A stretch of 37,973 nt of DNA from an uncultured Desulfovibrionaceae bacterium (GTDB lineage Bacteria; Desulfobacterota; Desulfovibrionia; Desulfovibrionales; Desulfovibrionaceae), in contig CAYJPE010000001.1 in NCBI GenBank assembly GCA_964371965.1, positions 1-37,973 of the forward strand, read 5' to 3'. Below, one piece after another: positions 33,901-37,973 of this stretch. Both the position numbers and the translations under genes were made by a program. The first letter of the stretch is position 1. Every line of letters begins with the position of its first letter. Below the pieces are notes generated by a model. It was not told where the DNA came from and did no database searches. It was given only the letters and a program-made list of their open reading frames with translations.

Positions 33901-34872
33901 ATCTCTTTGCGGGCGCATATTTTTTTTTGCGGCGCAGCTAAGAATGTGCTCACGCAGCGTTGCCACTGCATGTGTGATGGTAATGTGCGCGTATTCGGCA
34001 AATGTGTTTGGCGGTGCACTTTCTTCATCAAAATTGGCCGTATAGGACGTCCATAGCGGAAAAGTGCTTCCCCATGAGCGCGTACGGAGTTCTTCCGGCA
34101 GGCTTGCTATGATATCGCACATGCCGGGTAGGCGTTCACTGTGTGTAATGAGCACATAGAGGGGAATGTGTGCGGCGGCAGTGGTGCTTATTTCATGAAT
34201 ACGTGCCCTGAGGATGCGGGCATAGTTTTGTATGTCATGGGCATGCCGATTTAAAAGATCTGCTGTGACCGTCACAATGAGGGCGCCGAGATTGTGCTGT
34301 TTTCGCGCTCTTAAAAGGTCAATGAGAAGGTCTTCCCATTCTGTTTGGTGGTGCTCAAGCAATGACACACTTTGAAGGTATTTGTCGTGAGGACGCAGAA
34401 GGACAAGTTCAGGGAGACTGTTCCATTGGAGGAGTGCTTGGCTGTTTTCTTCGGTGTCGTTGCCAAGGAGAGCACGGACAATGTCTGCCCGATCGTCAAG
34501 CCCTAACATGAAGGCCCATGGCATATTCTTTTCAGACAGTCTGCCTTGGCGACGTGCGCCTTGATTCCACGCATCAGACATGGAGCTAGTGTATGCTTCC
34601 TCTTCGGCCTCCACAAGGGAAGGGTCGTTTTCCAAAACGTGGCGCACATAGCGTCTTTTGTTGTACCAAATCATAACGCGACGCCCGGCAAGAAAAATGA
34701 CCACCAAAGCGGCAATGACGCACAAGGCGACGGCGCTTGTGAAAAGAGGAATATTTGCCCACCATGCAAGTCCCACAAGGAGAGCTGCCAGCAGGAGTAT
34801 ACTTACTATCCAAAAAGCACCTATGGCTATTGTTTTTAAAAAAGCAATCATGCGATCCCCAAAAAAGCGCAT
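30931..34872 (-). CDS. tssM: Type VI secretion membrane subunit TssM (IcmF family), Walker A degenerate
   Basis: 1313 aa. N-terminal TM hairpin, cytoplasmic domain, third TM (WYLLLFSFCGIIAANTI) and a large periplasmic IcmF-related domain. The usual P-loop position reads MPWAFMLGLDDRADIV. Confidence 0.85.
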   Translation of the reverse strand: MRFFGDRMIAFLKTIAIGAFWIVSILLLAALLVGLAWWANIPLFTSAVALCVIAALVVIFLAGRRVMIWYNKRRYVRHVLENDPSLVEAEEEAYTSSMSDAWNQGARRQGRLSEKNMPWAFMLGLDDRADIVRALLGNDTEENSQALLQWNSLPELVLLRPHDKYLQSVSLLEHHQTEWEDLLIDLLRARKQHNLGALIVTVTADLLNRHAHDIQNYARILRARIHEISTTAAAHIPLYVLITHSERLPGMCDIIASLPEELRTRSWGSTFPLWTSYTANFDEESAPPNTFAEYAHITITHAVATLREHILSCAAKKNMRPQRDVYAAPGAVEALEKGLAIFLNCLFFAKATGATARLRAVYLTCTQTETYAATATAMQSDPFAHLTKTVPTTSAASAPNIAQQNRAEQESTHGTGGMPHILFTPPTATSPMTDADIATLANEQGNSDTHAHSTTDENTLPLPNMTHGKHSALPFTPYAHTPKQQWNMAFVEEIFLQRLPADRFLQQPIKHGIRFEQLALPCTSAWYLLLFSFCGIIAANTIYTSHTMRELKQLEVVAEQSTLAPGYAELLQQSSRLTHLDSAIRRWWFPLFGINQIQTARKTTATHFINSMEQKLIPLILRTFMDINDGYVLRSLATETQQNSASDYALASHTARCLLWMQDAVGARFTGEKFINPLPPAPPISPIASVNTPVTAATADPSPATTLAALSASGMPRGLTPLAEEGPPIDALWSLNFGQFFLLYVKVADETRLQTLQKQLAEAVHTLFDNNERNMLAYLEHQVNTKLARKAVPLSDFWPNVPAGTEGFTQVLPMYTKAGYSLLEEQVQRLLGDDVGTLREQAFWKDYEQRYATAWKEFILQTDTAWQDVTQVSTLYTTAMVKRFEDIPTMRLLKRAAEELTPLHNSVVAPAWVEKLQLMQALVDVVRLSRNTKPNSFMAMPSTLMSIFETPDASFDALLETQDMSMVLDAINDLRNYQQALKDLQGTLTSEAGTYELARAEYEGNAKESNFAVGHNNIQTCLGRIGINIEKKNSALLSPHSQLAQAAKPDADNPIAFLMQGPLRFLAHTLTCASALTVQKYWEATVLAPAIILPQEKFAQALAGEQGLLQAFVTNVAAPFLNRQVGSYTTKTWLDTSFPFTEDFLSFVQQGNVVGMNLPQDSYEISMFSQTSNVNADAKERLQYFELSTTGPAGTDAVTGAPTTGAITLRNSNYPARKTFTYVPKTPHVVRLTLSFPSTTLSYVYPDMPAFLKDFAYGERIFTPEDFPAQTETLKSLGIQQITIRILPENAAAIVAAQENTLPALPERITHVW

Positions 34873-34898
34873 ACGATGGCAGCGCCTTCATCAGTGTT

Positions 34899-35834
34899 TT
34901 AAAATAAACTCTGTCCCATAATGTCAGCGCAAACAAAGTACCATAAGCCTGTAAGAAGTAAGGGGATGATGAGAAATATGATGTACCAAAAGTTTAGTCC
35001 TCCATAGAAGCCACCATAGAGGGCAGGCGTCATGACGGTCTCGTTAGTCTCATTGTTCGCTTTTGTTGGCAACATGCCTTGGCAGAGGGCGGTAGCACTG
35101 CGGCGTATATCTTCAAGAGCCATAGATGTGTGGTTGTCATAGTATAAACCTTTGAATCCATAGATAATACAGATGGCATAGAAGTTCAGTGCCACACAAT
35201 GAGCCTTTTTGTGCGAGGGCATACTGATATGACGTGTTTTGTCAGCAAGACAGATGCTTACGGCCTCTTTGAATTGTTCGTGAAATGTCAGCGTAGAAAA
35301 AGGTGCGTGATAAGCGCTGCTGGAGGGAGCTTTTGGCATATTATTGTGTGATATGTGTTGTTGAAACAAGGGAGTAGGGAACTCACCGTTTTGGAAAGTG
35401 TGTCTGACAACGTTTTCTGTGGTGCCATGCACTTCTCCATTGGTATTTTCTTCAATGATACTGTGTGTAATATCAAAGAGTTGCGTGAAGAAAAGTTCTC
35501 CTGCACGATCTGTATTCATGTAGCGTACTTGCAGGCGGTGTTGATACCATGCCATGGCAGAATTTGTATTGTGGTGGGGGCTTTCCATGAGGATTTCATC
35601 CACAAGGGCATAGGTGGCGAAGCGGCAATATTGCAAGCATGCGTCCATATCTTGGGCACTGATGTGATTGTCCGCATCGGTAGGAGCAGGATGCACACGC
35701 TCTGCTTCTGCCAGAAGATGCATGCGTGTACCTATTTCTGACCACGGAAGTTTTTGACCGTCTTCCGTATCGCGAACATGCAGTGCGTAGTGCAGTATAT
35801 TTTCAAAGCGTTCAAGCATTTGCAAGGCATTCAT
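34899..35834 (-). CDS. tssL: Type VI secretion membrane subunit TssL (DotU family), C-terminal TM anchor only
   Basis: The DotU-like strings ATYALVDEILMES...W....L........GELFFTQL and FYAICIIYGFKGLYYD, plus a terminal TM (FWYIIFLIIPLLLTGLWYFV). I chose ATG 35834 because the track start 35963 overlaps tssK by 94 nt. Confidence 0.7.
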   Translation of the reverse strand: MNALQMLERFENILHYALHVRDTEDGQKLPWSEIGTRMHLLAEAERVHPAPTDADNHISAQDMDACLQYCRFATYALVDEILMESPHHNTNSAMAWYQHRLQVRYMNTDRAGELFFTQLFDITHSIIEENTNGEVHGTTENVVRHTFQNGEFPTPLFQQHISHNNMPKAPSSSAYHAPFSTLTFHEQFKEAVSICLADKTRHISMPSHKKAHCVALNFYAICIIYGFKGLYYDNHTSMALEDIRRSATALCQGMLPTKANNETNETVMTPALYGGFYGGLNFWYIIFLIIPLLLTGLWYFVCADIMGQSLF

Positions 35835-35869
35835 AGGATCCTCTGTAAGTACAAGGTGTTCTTTGCAAC

Positions 35870-37264
35870 TTATGTGTTCATGATGGCCAAGTGCACGCGT
35901 ATGTGTTGCGGTGTTTTTGGCAAAAAGAGTCCCAATTCTCCCGTGGTAAGCACACGTGTCCACAAGGTGTCTGTTTGATCCAGGGTAAAGTAGAGTGTGT
36001 CACTGCGCCGTGGCAGTCCGGCCGGTGCTGTTTCTGTGGGTCTGAGGGCAATACCGGGCAAGGATCGTGTCACAAGGGTGGATAATTGCTCCATAGGGGC
36101 AAGTTTCGCCCATTTGTGAACGTGGTCTGTCATAAACTCCATCTCATCGGCACTGCGTATATAGAGCCACCAAGCAAAGGGGCTGGTGCGTATGTGGGGA
36201 GGAATGCGACAAAACCACGTGTTTTCATCCATCTCTTCAAAGTCAAGGGTATGGGCAGGCCCTGTGACAAGGGTGCCCGCAAGGCGCGAAATGGTCATAT
36301 GTGCCGCCTCAAAGCAGGCACCTACATTGAGATGATTGTAGGGAGGTACCACACGTACGCCTGAGATATTCTCCCCAAGGGCAGAAAGCTCTGTGGAGAA
36401 AAGTGAGAGTTCACCAATGAGTTGACGCAAAACCCCGTATAGATGCCACGGGTGCAATATATCTGCCTCAAGGCAATGTTCGATGAAGGGCAGGTATTGT
36501 GAGAGGGTGCGCAGCATGTGGGTAAGTTCGAGCGTGCGCGTAGTAAGGCTCGTGTCAGACGAATTGTGCTGGGAAATCATTTTGTAATCGTCGAGCTGTG
36601 TGACACGGGCGAGCAGGGTATTGCGAATATTTTGTATAATATCGAGGAGAAAGGGGATAGCGTGTATGTTGAGGCAAGGAGGTATGTAGTTTTTGTCAAG
36701 GCGAATAACATCACCGTCTCGTAGCAGACGGGCAAGGGGTATGACAGAGACGTTCTGACTTGTTGACACTTCGCTGCCCACAAGAATGCGGGCATTATAG
36801 TCCATGAGTCGCACATCAACACGGGGATTGGTGCCGTACATATCTGGCACGGTGTACGGCTGTTCGGTGGTGACAAAGCGCGTGGTGGCTTGAGCAAAAT
36901 GTTCTTGTGTGCTTACAGTCACATTGTGTTCGTGGTCGACGATGATTGGTAGAGCCAAGAATATGTCAATGGGCGTTTCCGGATCTGTCCATACACTTAA
37001 AAATGCCCGCGGCGGGAGAATGGTATTTTCGCCAAGGATAAGGTGTTCACCCGTGGGCATAAAGACATCAAGAGCGCTACAAGAGAATGTTCCGGTGAGG
37101 AGCGCTTCTTCGCGTATGGCATAATGACGTATGCCATAAGCAAAGGGTGTTGCCATTTGCGCAAGCAAGGAGCTCATGGGGGCAAGGCGACCGTCCATGA
37201 GTTGAAAGTGTTGTGGTTGTAGAAGGGTACCTTCTTCCCAGTAGATGTTTTTATTTTTGTACAC
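35870..37264 (-). CDS. tssK: Type VI secretion baseplate subunit TssK
   Basis: The N-terminal IYWEEGTLLQPQHFQLMD is the TssK hallmark. Length is about 464 aa. The likely start is GTG 37264 (AAGGGA 7 nt upstream) rather than TTG 37270. Confidence 0.85.
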   Translation of the reverse strand: MYKNKNIYWEEGTLLQPQHFQLMDGRLAPMSSLLAQMATPFAYGIRHYAIREEALLTGTFSCSALDVFMPTGEHLILGENTILPPRAFLSVWTDPETPIDIFLALPIIVDHEHNVTVSTQEHFAQATTRFVTTEQPYTVPDMYGTNPRVDVRLMDYNARILVGSEVSTSQNVSVIPLARLLRDGDVIRLDKNYIPPCLNIHAIPFLLDIIQNIRNTLLARVTQLDDYKMISQHNSSDTSLTTRTLELTHMLRTLSQYLPFIEHCLEADILHPWHLYGVLRQLIGELSLFSTELSALGENISGVRVVPPYNHLNVGACFEAAHMTISRLAGTLVTGPAHTLDFEEMDENTWFCRIPPHIRTSPFAWWLYIRSADEMEFMTDHVHKWAKLAPMEQLSTLVTRSLPGIALRPTETAPAGLPRRSDTLYFTLDQTDTLWTRVLTTGELGLFLPKTPQHIRVHLAIMNT

Positions 37265-37877
37265 GTTCAAATCCCTTTATGGTCACTTGCTGTTCTGTAA
37301 GAAAGATTCTGGCATCCAGAAGACCCGGACTGTATACATCTGTTGGTATACCATACCATGCCCACTCTGTGTCCTGATGGATGGGAAAGGGGCTTATGGC
37401 AAAGCATTTTTGCGGTTCAAGGGAATCAAAGCCAACCACAACAGCTAAATAACGCGCCCCTTCCGCCCGGTCAATCTTCAATTCGACTTGAGAGGCTGGT
37501 TGCACATAGAGTTGCCTAGTGAGTAATATGCCTGCTGACTGTGGTGTGCCTTCAAGCAGTAGGCGAATCCCTTCCTGTGTGGCTGCCAAGGCCACAAGGC
37601 CTTCTTGCGAAGCCACTTGAAGGAGCTTCACAAGGACAGCATGGTTTACATCGCCCACAATGTTAATATCATCTCGCGCCACAATGAGCACATCCACGCC
37701 GTTGGGCATATAGCCCCACTTGATTTGCTCGGGGGATTCGACCGGTGTGGGAGGTGGCAGGCTGTCTGCGGGCTTTGGAGGATCATCGCCACACGCACAG
37801 AGGAGCACGAAGCAAAGGCCGAGCAAGAGCAGTTTCCACGTATTGCAACGTGTTTTAAAAAAAGTATGCCGCTTCAA
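37251..37877 (-). CDS. tssJ: Type VI secretion outer-membrane lipoprotein TssJ (putative)
   Basis: Lipoprotein-type signal KRHTFFKTRCNTWKLLLLGLCFVLLCAC/G. The position immediately upstream of tssK-L-M is typical. The likely start is TTG 37877 after GGAGGAGGAGG. The track start is 37901. Confidence 0.6.
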   Translation of the reverse strand: MKRHTFFKTRCNTWKLLLLGLCFVLLCACGDDPPKPADSLPPPTPVESPEQIKWGYMPNGVDVLIVARDDINIVGDVNHAVLVKLLQVASQEGLVALAATQEGIRLLLEGTPQSAGILLTRQLYVQPASQVELKIDRAEGARYLAVVVGFDSLEPQKCFAISPFPIHQDTEWAWYGIPTDVYSPGLLDARIFLTEQQVTIKGFERVQK

Positions 37878-37973
37878 AAACCTCCTCCTCCCATTGCTCA
37901 ATTCGTGTTATAAGCTAGTGATGTGTCATTTCTGTCATATTGGAAACGTTAATAATATTTTGTAAAAAACCGT

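Overview
37,973-bp chromosomal window. Its gene content suggests a sulfate-reducer-like deltaproteobacterium of Desulfovibrionaceae type: archaeal-type AroA', indolepyruvate:ferredoxin oxidoreductase, SelB, hemerythrin and a sigma54-type promoter. That assignment is inference only.

From left to right:
1. An aromatic amino-acid operon, aroA'-pheA-tyrA, preceded by a roughly 220-nt leader with a strong intrinsic terminator and a Phe/Tyr-rich mini-ORF.
2. Convergent iorBA.
3. A YfgM-like TPR membrane protein.
4. A 1971-aa alpha-2-macroglobulin that carries a thioester motif.
5. selB, a small acidic secreted peptide, a hemerythrin and asd.
6. A class IV aminotransferase, a glycosyltransferase and a TtuA/Ncs6-like PP-loop enzyme.
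7. Two transporters, of the EamA and AI-2E families.
8. A hypothetical gene with a sigma54-type promoter.
9. On the minus strand from 26.7 kb to the window end, a type VI secretion membrane/baseplate block, tssJ-tssK-tssL-tssM-(AMIN-like membrane protein)-tssE. It runs directly into a STAS anti-sigma-antagonist / RsbW-type serine kinase pair, followed by a hybrid histidine kinase with no input domain (HisKA-HATPase-pseudoREC-REC-Hpt).

The T6SS block with its partner-switching module and the AMIN-like accessory gene is my best candidate for an undescribed system.

Nearly every intergenic gap of housekeeping type holds short non-coding repeat elements. There are at least four MITE-like families. 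Some have TA flanks, one has an 11-bp target duplication inside a terminator hairpin, and one locus is a nested insertion.

I recognised no rRNA, tRNA or CRISPR array. All calls come from reading the sequence and ORF translations and comparing them with remembered family motifs. No database search was run.
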